Shown here: in pieces, positions 8,723 to 20,900 of the stretch
Layout of the letters: each line of letters starts with the position of its first letter
Position numbering within the stretch: the stretch's first letter is position 1
Assembly: GCA_965213685.1 (NCBI GenBank)
Contig: CBDBZY010000044.1
Span: 1 to 64,000 of the forward strand
Source: a bacterium
GTDB taxonomy: Bacteria; UBA8248
Reading direction: 5' to 3'
DNA length: 64,000 nucleotides
Position numbers and translations under genes: made by a program
Notes under the pieces: model-generated
Databases searched by the model: none
Told to the model about the DNA's origin: nothing
The model's input: the letters and a program-made list of their open reading frames with translations, nothing else

Positions 8723-10890
8723 GAGGGAGGCGACCGCCGCTGTTCCGGGCGTCTCCCCGCGCCGTAGATTCGCCGGTATTCGCGGTAGTAGCCCAGCACC
8801 CTTTTGACGTAGTTTCTGGTTTCCCTATAGGGAATCTCCTCGATGAAAATTTCCGTCGGCTTGCGGCGCCCGGCCTTCCACCATCTTTTGACGGCGCCTC
8901 TGCCCGCGTTGTAGCTCGCTATCGCGGGGACGAGCGCGCCGCCGAACTCGCGAATGAGCGCGCCCAGGTGCCGCGCGCCCAGACGGGCGTTGATGCCGGG
9001 GTGGAACAGGTCGTTGGCGGACGCGAGCGGTATGTTGTGCTTTCGGGCGAGCCTGCGGCCGGTCGCGGGCATGATCTGCATCAGCCCCCGGGCGCCAGCC
9101 GGAGAGATCGCGCGCGGGTCAAAGGCGCTCTCCGCCCGGATGAGGGCGTTCACCAGGTAGATGTTCGCCCCCCCCGGCTCCCTGCGCCGGACGGCGAGGG
9201 GATAGACCATCTTCCAGAACGCCCGGGGCAGGTCGCTCCCGCCCGAGCGCACCGCGTCCCAGAAGTGGTTGCTGAGCAGGACGATGGCGCGCTGGTTTTC
9301 CCCGGCCTTGGAGAGGACGCGCGCCGCCCGGTAGCGAAAATACGGCGAGGGGCCGAGGCGCCCGTACTCGCGGGCGGCGTATTTGTGAAACCCCATGGAG
9401 GAGAGCAGGTCGGCGGCGCGCAGCCTCGCGTCGCTTCGGGGGGGCGGGCGCGTCCATTCCCGATAGCCCGCCCTTCCCGGCGGAAGCGGTTTCCGCGCGT
9501 CTCGATGACCCGCGCGCGCCAGGCGGCGGAGGGCGCGCAGGGCCTGCTGCCCGTAGTAGCGGTGGCGATACTGCCGGACGCAGGCGCGGTAGCCGGCGAT
9601 GGCGCGCTTGCGCCTCCCCGCTTTTTCCGCCGCCGCCGCCGCCCAGTAGGTGGCGGAGGACGCCAGCCAGTGCTCGGGGTGGGCCGCGCTCACCTTCGAG
9701 AACCCCCGGTGGCCCCGCGCGTAGTCCTTTGTGCGAAAGCGGAGCCAGGCGAGATGGAACTGCGCCAGGGGCGCCTGCCGGGCTTGCGGGCTGTGGGAGA
9801 CGACCTTTTGATAGAGGCGCGCCGCCCGGGGGAAATCGCCGTCGTCCTCATGCACGCGGGCGAGGAGGTAGCGCGCGCGCGCCGCCCACTTTCCTTTCGG
9901 GGTCTCCCTCAGCAGGCGCCGCGCCTCGGATTCAAAGGCGGGCTGGTCTTTCTCGCGCAGGTGGTTTCTCGCCAGATAATATCGCGCCTTGGCGCGGCGG
10001 ACGCCGCCGGGGGGGGAGTGGCGGATGGCGTGCCGGAGAGCGGGGCCCGCCTGTTTCGTCTGGCGCAGGGAGAACAGCGTCAACGCTTCGTGGAAGACGA
10101 TGCTCTCGTGGCGCGGGGATTTGCGAAACCGGCGCTTCAAATCCTGAAAGGCGCGCAACGCCTTCTGGAAACGATAGCGTTTTTGCAGGCGCCGCGCGCG
10201 CGCGAAGAGGGCTTTGTAGCCCAGCTTCGGAAGCGACGGCGAGAGGGCGGCCGCGCGCTTTTGCGTGGGATGCTCCGGATGGCGCAGCCACAGCTCCCGC
10301 CAGACTCGCGCGGCTTTGCGGCGTTGGCGGGCGGCGCGAAGCGCCCGGGCCTCCCGCACCAGAAAATACGGCGCGTCCCTGCTCTTGGGGAACGAGAGGA
10401 CGTAGCGCCTCGCCAGCTGCGCCGCGCGCAGGTGTCGCCCTTCCTCCCGGTGGATGCGGATCAGCGACCTGTAGACGAGCGGAGGCGCCGGGTGTCCCCC
10501 CCCTTTTTGGAGCAGCTCCCCGAGCGCGCGGCGGGCGGCGGCGTATTCCTTCGCCCCCAGAGCGGCTTGTCCCAGGAACAGCAGGGTGTATCTGCGGAGC
10601 GCGGGAATCTCCTGAAGCGCCTTGCGGAGCGACTTCACCGCCGGGAGAAACCGCTTGCGCCGCAGCTGGGCGTGTCCCAGCAGCAGGGAGCGCCTGCCGC
10701 CCAGGCTCGTTTTCTCGCCGCGCAGCGCCTCGATGAGCTTTTCGTATTGCGCACTCGCCACGAGTTGCCGGATGCGGGGGGGCAGCTCCGGCGGCCCGGC
10801 GGGCGGGCGCCCCGCCCCGGGGGCGGGCCAGGCGAGCGGCGGTAGCGCGAGGACGCCGAGGATGGCGACGGCGAACAGGCGCGGCTTCAC
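8719..10890 (-). CDS. Soluble lytic murein transglycosylase (Slt-type, TPR-like N-terminus plus SLT domain)
   Basis: Signal peptide; IRAESAF, GARGLMQIMPAT, SYNAG, IPYRETRNYVKRV. GTG start overlaps the upstream TGA and the stop overlaps the anmK ATG. Confidence 0.92.
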   Translation of the reverse strand: MKPRLFAVAILGVLALPPLAWPAPGAGRPPAGPPELPPRIRQLVASAQYEKLIEALRGEKTSLGGRRSLLLGHAQLRRKRFLPAVKSLRKALQEIPALRRYTLLFLGQAALGAKEYAAARRALGELLQKGGGHPAPPLVYRSLIRIHREEGRHLRAAQLARRYVLSFPKSRDAPYFLVREARALRAARQRRKAARVWRELWLRHPEHPTQKRAAALSPSLPKLGYKALFARARRLQKRYRFQKALRAFQDLKRRFRKSPRHESIVFHEALTLFSLRQTKQAGPALRHAIRHSPPGGVRRAKARYYLARNHLREKDQPAFESEARRLLRETPKGKWAARARYLLARVHEDDGDFPRAARLYQKVVSHSPQARQAPLAQFHLAWLRFRTKDYARGHRGFSKVSAAHPEHWLASSATYWAAAAAEKAGRRKRAIAGYRACVRQYRHRYYGQQALRALRRLARAGHRDARKPLPPGRAGYREWTRPPPRSDARLRAADLLSSMGFHKYAAREYGRLGPSPYFRYRAARVLSKAGENQRAIVLLSNHFWDAVRSGGSDLPRAFWKMVYPLAVRRREPGGANIYLVNALIRAESAFDPRAISPAGARGLMQIMPATGRRLARKHNIPLASANDLFHPGINARLGARHLGALIREFGGALVPAIASYNAGRGAVKRWWKAGRRKPTEIFIEEIPYRETRNYVKRVLGYYREYRRIYGAGRRPEQRRSPPS

Positions 10891-12097
10891 GCCCGGCGTC
10901 CGTTTGTCATGTCCGCCTCCCGCCGGGCGAACTCCGCCCGAATCTCCCGGCGCGCCCGCGCGTCGAGGAGAAAGTCCACGCCCGTCATCGCCAGCGCTTT
11001 GGCGCCGGTGAGGAGGGTTCGCCTGCCCTCGGCGCCCGCCGACGCCCTGGCGAACTCCGGGGTGTGCGCGGAGACCCCCGGGGGAACCATCTGAATCTGG
11101 GGGTGGATGGTGGGCGTGTGCTGGCTCACGTTCCCGACGTCGGAGGAGCCCATCCGCAGGGGCGGCGGCGACTCCGGCTCGTGAACGCCGAGGCTGCCCA
11201 GGTTGTTTCGGAACAACGCCTCCAGAGGGCGGTTGGGCCGCATGGGGGCGTAGGTGAGGGGGTTTTTCTCCGTCTCGAGCGCAGCGCCCGTGGATTCGGC
11301 CGCCCCCTGCGCGCAGGCGATGACCCGCGCGAGCAGCTGCGCGAGTCCCTCCTGCGTGCCGCTTCGCACGAAAAACCATGCGGCGGCTCTCTCGGGGATG
11401 ATGTTGGGCGCCTCCCCGCCCTCGGTGATGACGCCGTGCACCCGGTCTCCCTGAGGGAGTTGCTGGCGAAGCAGGGAGACGGCGTTGAACGTGGCGATGA
11501 CGGCGTCGAGCGCGTTGACGCCCCGCTCCGGTGCGGCGGCCGCGTGCGCGGCGCGGCCCCCGGAAGCGGAAGCGCACCTCCGAGAGCGCGAGGAAAACGC
11601 ACCTCGGCCCGCGTCTCGTCTGCGGGGTGCACCATCATGGCGGCGCCCACCTCCCCGAACGCGCCGGCCTGCGCCATCAGCACCTTGCCGCCTCCGCCCT
11701 CCTCCCCGGGAGTGCCGAAGACGGTGACGCCCCCGCGTTCGGGTCCGAGTGCCTCTTTGAGCGCGACGCCCGCCGCCGCGCTGGCGACCCCGATGATGTT
11801 GTGGCCGCAGGCGTGCCCGAGGCCGGGCAGGGCGTCATACTCCGAGAGGAACGAGACGGAGGGCGCCTCCGGGTTCAGTGCCGGCCTGTCCGCGCGAAAG
11901 GCGGTGGGCAGGTTCGCCACCCCGCGGGTGAGCGCGAAGCCGCTCTTCTCCAGGTAGGCGCACAGGCGGCCGGCCGCGCGGTGCTCCGCGAGGCTGGGTT
12001 CCGGGTCGGCGTGAATCGCGAGGGAGAGTGCCCACAGCGCGTCCGCCTCATCGTCGATCCATCGCGCGACGGCGGCCTTGGCGTCTGGAATGTCCAC
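10887..12097 (-). CDS. M20 amidohydrolase, AbgB/Acy1L2-like (two apparent +1 indels at 11594-11597 and 11557-11561)
   Basis: IHADPE, SEYDALPGLGHACGHN, GTPGEEGGGGK, MVHP; after correction FRGRAAHAAAAPERGVNALDA, HGVITEGGEAPNIIPE, GSSDVGNVS, HT.EF. Confidence 0.88.
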
Positions 12098-12131
12098 TCC
12101 GGTTGGGGTCTCCGGCAACGGGCGAAGCACG

Positions 12132-12161
12132 ATTATGCGCAGGCTTGAAGAGGCGTGTCAA
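12132..12161 (-). promoter_or_regulatory. Putative sigma70 promoter for the M20-slt-anmK operon
   Basis: TTGACA-18 nt-CATAAT on the minus strand. Confidence 0.55.
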
Positions 12162-12184
12162 CGATTCGCGCCCGGCGGTTCGCG

Positions 12185-12213
12185 TTGACCGCGCCGGGGA
12201 AAAGGGCGATACT
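12185..12213 (+). promoter_or_regulatory. Putative sigma70 promoter for the tol-pal operon
   Basis: TTGACC-17 nt-GATACT, upstream of AAGGAGG-ATG. Confidence 0.5.
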
Positions 12214-12235
12214 GCCCTCCCCGCCTGCAAGGAGG

Positions 12236-13003
12236 ATGGCTTTGCTCCCGTTTTTGGCCGCGGCCGCGTTGCCCGCGGGCGATTCCGCCCCGCTCGCGCC
12301 CGTTCCCGAGGAGATGCACATCATCGCCCTCGCCACCCAGTCGGGGGGCATGGTGTTGTTCGTCCTGGTGTTGCTCACGTTTTTCTCCCTCTCCTCGTGG
12401 GCCGCCATCATCTGGAAATTCTGGGAGCTGCGGGGCGCCAAGCGACGCTCGGCGGCGTTCGTGGAGGCGTTCTGGCGCTCCAAGCGCCTCGATCTGCTCT
12501 ACGCGGAGCTCGGCGAGCATGAGCCCAGCCCGGTGGGGGAGGTGTTCGCCGCGGGCTACCAGGAGGCCGAACAGGTGCTGCGGACGCGCTCCCGGGAGCG
12601 GGACGAGGAATCGGGCGTCCTCACCTCGGAGATGACGGGGGTGGAGAGCGTCGAGCGCGCGCTCAGGCGCGCCGCGAACGAGCAGGTGGGCAAGCTCGAA
12701 CGCCTGCTGACCTTTCTGGCCACCACGGCGAGCGCCACGCCGTTCATCGGACTCTTCGGCACCGTGTGGGGCATCATGAACTCGTTTCGCGAGATTGGGG
12801 CGAGAGGCTCCGCCGGGCTCGCCGTCGTCGCGCCGGGCATCAGCGAGGCGCTCATCGCCACGGCACTCGGGCTGCTCGCGGCCATCCCCGCCGTGATAGC
12901 CTATAACCACTATCAGAGCCGCGTGAAGGCCATCGCGGATGAGATCGAAAACTTTACGGCGGATTTTCTCAACCTCGTTGGCCGCCATTTCATGCGCTTG
13001 TGA
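12236..13003 (+). CDS. tolQ: Tol-Pal system protein TolQ
   Basis: FLATTASATPFIGLFGTVWGIMNSF, VAPGISEALIATA.GL.AAIPAV; operon context. Confidence 0.95.
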   Translation: MALLPFLAAAALPAGDSAPLAPVPEEMHIIALATQSGGMVLFVLVLLTFFSLSSWAAIIWKFWELRGAKRRSAAFVEAFWRSKRLDLLYAELGEHEPSPVGEVFAAGYQEAEQVLRTRSRERDEESGVLTSEMTGVESVERALRRAANEQVGKLERLLTFLATTASATPFIGLFGTVWGIMNSFREIGARGSAGLAVVAPGISEALIATALGLLAAIPAVIAYNHYQSRVKAIADEIENFTADFLNLVGRHFMRL

Positions 13004-13019
13004 TGCGTGGAGCCTCTCT

Positions 13020-13460
13020 TTGGCCGTTAAGCTGAACCGCGGGTCGAACATCTCGGACATCAACGTCACGCCCCTGGTGGACGTGATGTTGGTGCTGCTG
13101 GTGATTTTCATGGTCACGGCGCCACTGCTCGAGACGCAGAATCAGGCCGTGAACGTGGATTTGCCCCAGGTGCGCGCCGCGAAGTCGAACGTGGCCGAGG
13201 ATGCTGTCGTCATCACGTTGGACAAAAATCGCGCCATGTATATAAATGACAATCGCCTGACGCTCTCCGAGTTGGGAGAGAAGCTTCCGGCGCTGTTCCG
13301 GGGGAGGAAGCGCAAGGAAATTTTCCTGCGGGCGGACCGCGCGGTTCCGTATGGGGAGGTGGTGAAGGCCATGGCGGTCATTCGCGCGGCGGGCATCAGC
13401 CGCCTGAACATGGTGACCGACCCGCTGGAATCCTCCCGGGAAAGGCGGCGCAGGCGCTGA
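13020..13460 (+). CDS. tolR: Tol-Pal system protein TolR
   Basis: DINVTPLVDVMLVLLVIFMVTAP, LRADRAVPYGEVV; TTG start inferred. Confidence 0.93.
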   Translation: MAVKLNRGSNISDINVTPLVDVMLVLLVIFMVTAPLLETQNQAVNVDLPQVRAAKSNVAEDAVVITLDKNRAMYINDNRLTLSELGEKLPALFRGRKRKEIFLRADRAVPYGEVVKAMAVIRAAGISRLNMVTDPLESSRERRRRR

Positions 13461-13475
13461 GAAGCCGGTGGCCCC

Positions 13476-14507
13476 ATGAGCGGAAAACCGACATTCTCCG
13501 AAAACTCCGGTGACGAGGGGGCGCCCGCGCCCCGCCCGGGCCTCCCGGCGGCGGGGGAGGAGAGAGGCGGGCTGCTCCGGGATCGCCGGTTTCGCACGGC
13601 GTGGGCGATTTCCGTTTTTCTGCACGCCCTGCTCCTCGTCTGGGTGAGCCTCGCGCCCTCGCAGCCGAAATACCGGTTCTTTGGGAGCGGGACGGCCGTC
13701 AGCCTCGTGGGGGCGGATGAGATTCCGGGCGGCTCGGCCCAGGGAAAATCGGGGGATCGGCCGGAAGACGTCGCCTCCTCCGACCGGCGGCGGGCACCGG
13801 CCGAGGGCCCCAGAAAGGTAGTGGCGCCCCGGGGGAGGCCCGCGACCGGGAAAAACGCGGACAAGAAAAAGAGGGTCGCCCCAAAGAAACAACGGCCCTC
13901 CCAGGAGGTTCGCCGCATCCCGGCCGGAAAGGACGCGAAGAAAAAGGTCGTCCGGCGGAAGAAAAAGCGCGCCCGCGAGGCGCGCCTGAGGCGGATCCGC
14001 GAACGCCGCGAGCGAGCGCGACGCTGGCGCGCGCGCTTCGAGAAGCGGAAAAAGAGCAAGCCCCGCCGTGCCGGGGCGCGCGATAAGCGCCTGGCGAAGG
14101 CGGCCGCCGCGGGCGGAGCGCCCCTGAAGGGCTATCTGGGCGAGGGGGGCGGCGATGGCCAGGGCGGCGGCAGCCGGGGAGGCGGGAGCGGCGGCGTCGC
14201 GCAAACGGACATGGATCGATACTACGGCGTTCTCTCGGAGCGGGTCCGGAATCACTGGACGCTTCCGCTCCGCCTCGCGGACGTGGGGAGGCTGAAGGCC
14301 GAGGTCACGGTGGACGTGGGCCGCGCGGGGGGATACCGCAGATTGCGAGTCGCGCGCGCGAGCGGAAACCGCGTTTACGACGAGGCGTCGCTGCGCGCCG
14401 TGGAGCGGGCGTTTCAGTCCGCCATGCCCACGCCGCCTGATGCGATAAAGGGAAACTGGATTCCGATCGGTTTTCGATTCTGCGGAAGGGAGCTTGGCTG
14501 TCCATGA
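13476..14507 (+). CDS. tolA: TolA/TonB-family energy transducer
   Basis: TM helix with S...H motif (ISVFLHALL), long basic linker, TonB_C-like end (RASGNRVYDEASLRAV); between tolR and tolB. Confidence 0.85.
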   Translation: MSGKPTFSENSGDEGAPAPRPGLPAAGEERGGLLRDRRFRTAWAISVFLHALLLVWVSLAPSQPKYRFFGSGTAVSLVGADEIPGGSAQGKSGDRPEDVASSDRRRAPAEGPRKVVAPRGRPATGKNADKKKRVAPKKQRPSQEVRRIPAGKDAKKKVVRRKKKRAREARLRRIRERRERARRWRARFEKRKKSKPRRAGARDKRLAKAAAAGGAPLKGYLGEGGGDGQGGGSRGGGSGGVAQTDMDRYYGVLSERVRNHWTLPLRLADVGRLKAEVTVDVGRAGGYRRLRVARASGNRVYDEASLRAVERAFQSAMPTPPDAIKGNWIPIGFRFCGRELGCP

Positions 14508-15853
14508 CCAGGAGAACCCGAATCGGCCCGAAGGGGCGCGCGCGCCGGGCACTTCCGGGGGCGATTCTGCTCGCCGCGATGATTCTCTGCGGGACTCAGG
14601 CCGCCGCCGCCCCGCGCGTGTTCATCGACATCCACTCGCCCAGGGTCAAAAAGGTGCGCTTGGCGGTACCGGAGTTTCGCCCGCTCGACGGCCGGCGCGA
14701 CGCCCTGGGCCTCGAGGTGGCGAAGGTGATCGCGTCCGACCTCGAGCGCACCGGCCTGTTTGTCATCCCCGACCGGAAGGGGTATCTGGAGAATCCCCTG
14801 CGCGCGGGCGTTCGGAGGGAGGAGCAGCGCTTCTCCGACTGGAGCAAGGTGGTCAAGGTCGAGGCGCTCATCAAGGGCGGCTACTCCATTTCGGGAAAGA
14901 CCATCGCCGCGGAAGTGTATCTCTACGACACCATTCGCTCCGCGCAGGAGTTGGGCAAGCGGTATCGGTATCCGAGGAGCAGCTGGCGCCTGCTGTCCCA
15001 CAGGTTCGCCAACGCTGTGCTCGAGCGCTTCACGGGCGAGCGGGGGATATTCGACACCCAGATCGCGTTCGTGTCGAGGCGTTCGCTCAGAGAGCGCGGA
15101 GAGATATACATCATGGATTGGGACGGGGCCGAACTCCGGCGGGTGACGCGCAACGGCATGGGCAACAACGCGCCCGCGTGGTCCGCGGACGGGAGGTGGA
15201 TGTCGTATTCCTCGTTCAAGTCCAGGCCGCCCGGCGTATTTCTGCTGCCCACGAACGGGGCGCGCGAGTTCCTGGTGAGCTCCCGGCGCGCGCAGGCGGT
15301 CGGCGGCGCCTTTTCTCCGGATTCGCGCTACTTCGCGTTCGCCGAGCTCGTGGGGCGAAACTATGAGCTGTTCCGCTACGACCTGCGCACCCGCGTGAAA
15401 AGGAGGCTGACGCGGAGCTTCGGCATCGACGTGTCCCCCACGTTCTCGCCGGACGGCAAGAAAATCGCCTTCACGTCGAGCCGCCTGGGAAATCCCCACA
15501 TCTACGTCATGAACCTCGACGGCGGCGGCCCGCGCCGCATCACGTATCAGGGGACATACAACACCGAGCCCGAATGGAGCCCGCGCGGGGACAGGATAGC
15601 GATGACGAGCCGCGTGAAGCAGGGCAAGGAGATCGACATCGTCACCATGAACGCCGACGGCTCCGACTGGCGCCGCCTGACGGGCAGCCAGGGGCGCAAC
15701 GAATCCCCCTCCTGGTCTCCCGACGGCCGCCACATCGCGTTCTCCTCGGACAGGAGCGGCAGAAAATACGTCTACGTCATGACCTCCGCCGGCACGCAGC
15801 TCAGGCGGCTCCAGCCCGGCCAGGAGCCCGCGTGGTCGCCGACGCCGAAATAA
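14504..15853 (+). CDS. tolB: Tol-Pal beta-propeller protein TolB
   Basis: TolB_N (SHRFANAVLERFTGERGIFDTQIAFVS) and PD40 repeats (PAWSADG, PTFSPDG, PEWSPRG, PSWSPDG). Confidence 0.95.
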   Translation: MTRRTRIGPKGRARRALPGAILLAAMILCGTQAAAAPRVFIDIHSPRVKKVRLAVPEFRPLDGRRDALGLEVAKVIASDLERTGLFVIPDRKGYLENPLRAGVRREEQRFSDWSKVVKVEALIKGGYSISGKTIAAEVYLYDTIRSAQELGKRYRYPRSSWRLLSHRFANAVLERFTGERGIFDTQIAFVSRRSLRERGEIYIMDWDGAELRRVTRNGMGNNAPAWSADGRWMSYSSFKSRPPGVFLLPTNGAREFLVSSRRAQAVGGAFSPDSRYFAFAELVGRNYELFRYDLRTRVKRRLTRSFGIDVSPTFSPDGKKIAFTSSRLGNPHIYVMNLDGGGPRRITYQGTYNTEPEWSPRGDRIAMTSRVKQGKEIDIVTMNADGSDWRRLTGSQGRNESPSWSPDGRHIAFSSDRSGRKYVYVMTSAGTQLRRLQPGQEPAWSPTPK

Positions 15854-15899
15854 CGCCTCGGAGGAGGGGGGCGGCGCCGGAAAAAATCGAGAAACGGGC

Positions 15900-15928
15900 T
15901 TGCCCATCCTGCGTGAGCCCCCTATAAT
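15900..15928 (+). promoter_or_regulatory. Internal sigma70 promoter for pal
   Basis: TTGCCC-17 nt-TATAAT in the tolB-pal gap. Confidence 0.65.
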
Positions 15929-16076
15929 TTGCCTGCTTCTAATCCGCCTTGATGGAGATGTGGACGCCAGGACCTGAAACGCTGCATTTTTCATCTGAAG
16001 GCGCGTTGTGGGCTTCTCGCTCTGCTTCTTGCTCCGAATGTTGTACGTACCGGAGGACTTCTGGGAGGATGTCTGA

Positions 16077-16652
16077 ATGGTTCTATTAGGTCACAGAAAG
16101 TCGTATCAAGCCGTTTTGATGGTTGCGGCGACTGCGCTTGTCGTGGGATGCACGAAGCAGACGGTAGAAACCGAGGCACTCCCCCCACCGCCTCCTCCGC
16201 CCGCCCCCGTAGTCAAGAAGCCGCCACCGCCCGACCTCGGCATGATGGAGGAGGAGCGCCGCCGCCGGCGCGCCGCCTTCCGGAACAGCGCGTCGCAGTT
16301 CGAGAACGACCTGGTGTACTTCGATTTTGACAAATCGGACATCCGCCCCGACATGCGCCCCACCCTGGACGCCAAGGCCCGGTTCCTGCAGGAGTTCCAG
16401 ACCATTCGGTTGCAGATTGAAGGGCATTGCGACGAGCGCGGCACGGTGGAGTACAACATCGCGCTCGGCCACAGGCGGTCGCAGAGCGCGAAGGATTATC
16501 TGGTGTCGCTCGGCGTGGACCCCTCCCGGGTCGATACGGTGAGTTACGGCGAGGAGCGGCCGGATGACGCCCGATCCAACGAAGCGGCTTGGGCCAGGAA
16601 TCGGCGGGCGAAGTTTAACATCATCGGCGGCGTTCCGGCGGAAATGAACTAG
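16077..16652 (+). CDS. pal: Peptidoglycan-associated lipoprotein Pal
   Basis: Lipobox VVGC; VYFDFDKS, IEGHCDERGTVEYNIALG.RR, SYGEERP, NRRA. Confidence 0.97.
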   Translation: MVLLGHRKSYQAVLMVAATALVVGCTKQTVETEALPPPPPPPAPVVKKPPPPDLGMMEEERRRRRAAFRNSASQFENDLVYFDFDKSDIRPDMRPTLDAKARFLQEFQTIRLQIEGHCDERGTVEYNIALGHRRSQSAKDYLVSLGVDPSRVDTVSYGEERPDDARSNEAAWARNRRAKFNIIGGVPAEMN

Positions 16653-16684
16653 CCGCCCGGCTGTCCTTCGGCAACCTGAAAAGG

Positions 16685-16719
16685 ACTCCCCGTCGGCAAG
16701 CGCCGCCGGGGAGTTTTTT
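16685..16719 (+). terminator. Intrinsic terminator after pal
   Basis: ACTCCCCG-T-CGGC AAGC GCCG-C-CGGGGAGT hairpin followed by a T run. Confidence 0.7.
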
Positions 16720-16724
16720 CTTAC

Positions 16725-19883
<3,159 letters not shown>

Positions 19884-19945
19884 CGGCGGCAAATGGCACG
19901 AATCCGCGCACGTCGACATATTCTCTCCTCCTTGGACGCCTCCCC

Positions 19946-20827
19946 GTGAACCGGGTCCGCAAGGCCGTTTTCCCCGTGGCGGGCCTGGGCACGCGCTTTT
20001 TGCCCGCCACCAAGGTCATCCCGAAGGAAATGCTGCCCATCGTCGACGTTCCGCAAATCCAGATCGCCGTCCAGGAGGCACTCGACGCCGGCATCGAGGA
20101 GATCATATTCATCACCGGCCGCGGGAAGGTCTCCATGGTGGACTACTTCGACGTCGCGTTCGAGGTGGAGTCCCATTTGCGCGCCAGGGGGCAGGAGAGG
20201 CTGCTGGCGGTGGTGGAGGAAATCTCCCGCAAGGTGCGCATCATCTCCATCCGCCAGAAGCATCCCCTCGGGCTGGGGCACGCGGTTTTGTGCGCGCGGC
20301 CGGCGGTGGGGGAGGAGCCTTTCGCCGTCATGTTGTGCGATGACATCATCCGGAGCGAGACGCCCGCCATCGGCCAGCTGGTGCGCGCGTTCGAGGCGCA
20401 CGGCGGCGGCGTGGTCGCAGGGCTTCGGGTCGAGAGGCGGGACCTCTGGAAATACGGCGTCATCGACCCTGCGGACGCTCCCCCGCCCGCCCCGCGCGTC
20501 ACGCCGATCCGGGGGATGGTGGAAAAACCGCGTCCCGAGGACGCGCCCTCGAACCTCGCCATCATCGGCCGCTATGTTTTGCCGCCGGAGGTATTCGCGG
20601 CCCTGGAGCGCGTGCCACCGGATGCGGGAGGAGAGATTCAGCTCACCGATGGCCTGCGGTGCCTGCTCGAGGAGACCCGCCTCTACGCCTGCGAGTATGA
20701 GGGAAGGCGCTACGACGCGGGCGACAAGCTGGGCTTCCTGGAGGCGACGGTCGAGTTCGCGCTGGCACGCGCGGACATCGGCCCTGCGTTTCGGGATTAT
20801 CTGAGGAGACTGATGGCCTCATGCTAG
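19946..20827 (+). CDS. galU: UTP--glucose-1-phosphate uridylyltransferase
   Basis: KAVFPVAGLGTRFLPATK.IPKEMLPIVD, GLGHAVL, VEKP, GEIQLTD. Confidence 0.96.
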   Translation: MNRVRKAVFPVAGLGTRFLPATKVIPKEMLPIVDVPQIQIAVQEALDAGIEEIIFITGRGKVSMVDYFDVAFEVESHLRARGQERLLAVVEEISRKVRIISIRQKHPLGLGHAVLCARPAVGEEPFAVMLCDDIIRSETPAIGQLVRAFEAHGGGVVAGLRVERRDLWKYGVIDPADAPPPAPRVTPIRGMVEKPRPEDAPSNLAIIGRYVLPPEVFAALERVPPDAGGEIQLTDGLRCLLEETRLYACEYEGRRYDAGDKLGFLEATVEFALARADIGPAFRDYLRRLMASC

Positions 20828-20900
20828 CCGATGGACCCGCACCGGAGCCCGAACCTCCTGGGCGGGCGCGTCTGATTCCCGAGCAGCCGGGAGGGGGTGG

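Noticed and set aside
6239-12097. Programmed frameshifting or pseudogene status for the two M20 genes
   Set aside because: No slippery heptamer seen and no other decay; single-base homopolymer insertions are better explained as sequencing error.
19895-19912. Sigma54-like TGGCACG upstream of galU
   Set aside because: The -12 TTGC element is absent; a sigma70-type promoter lies just upstream.
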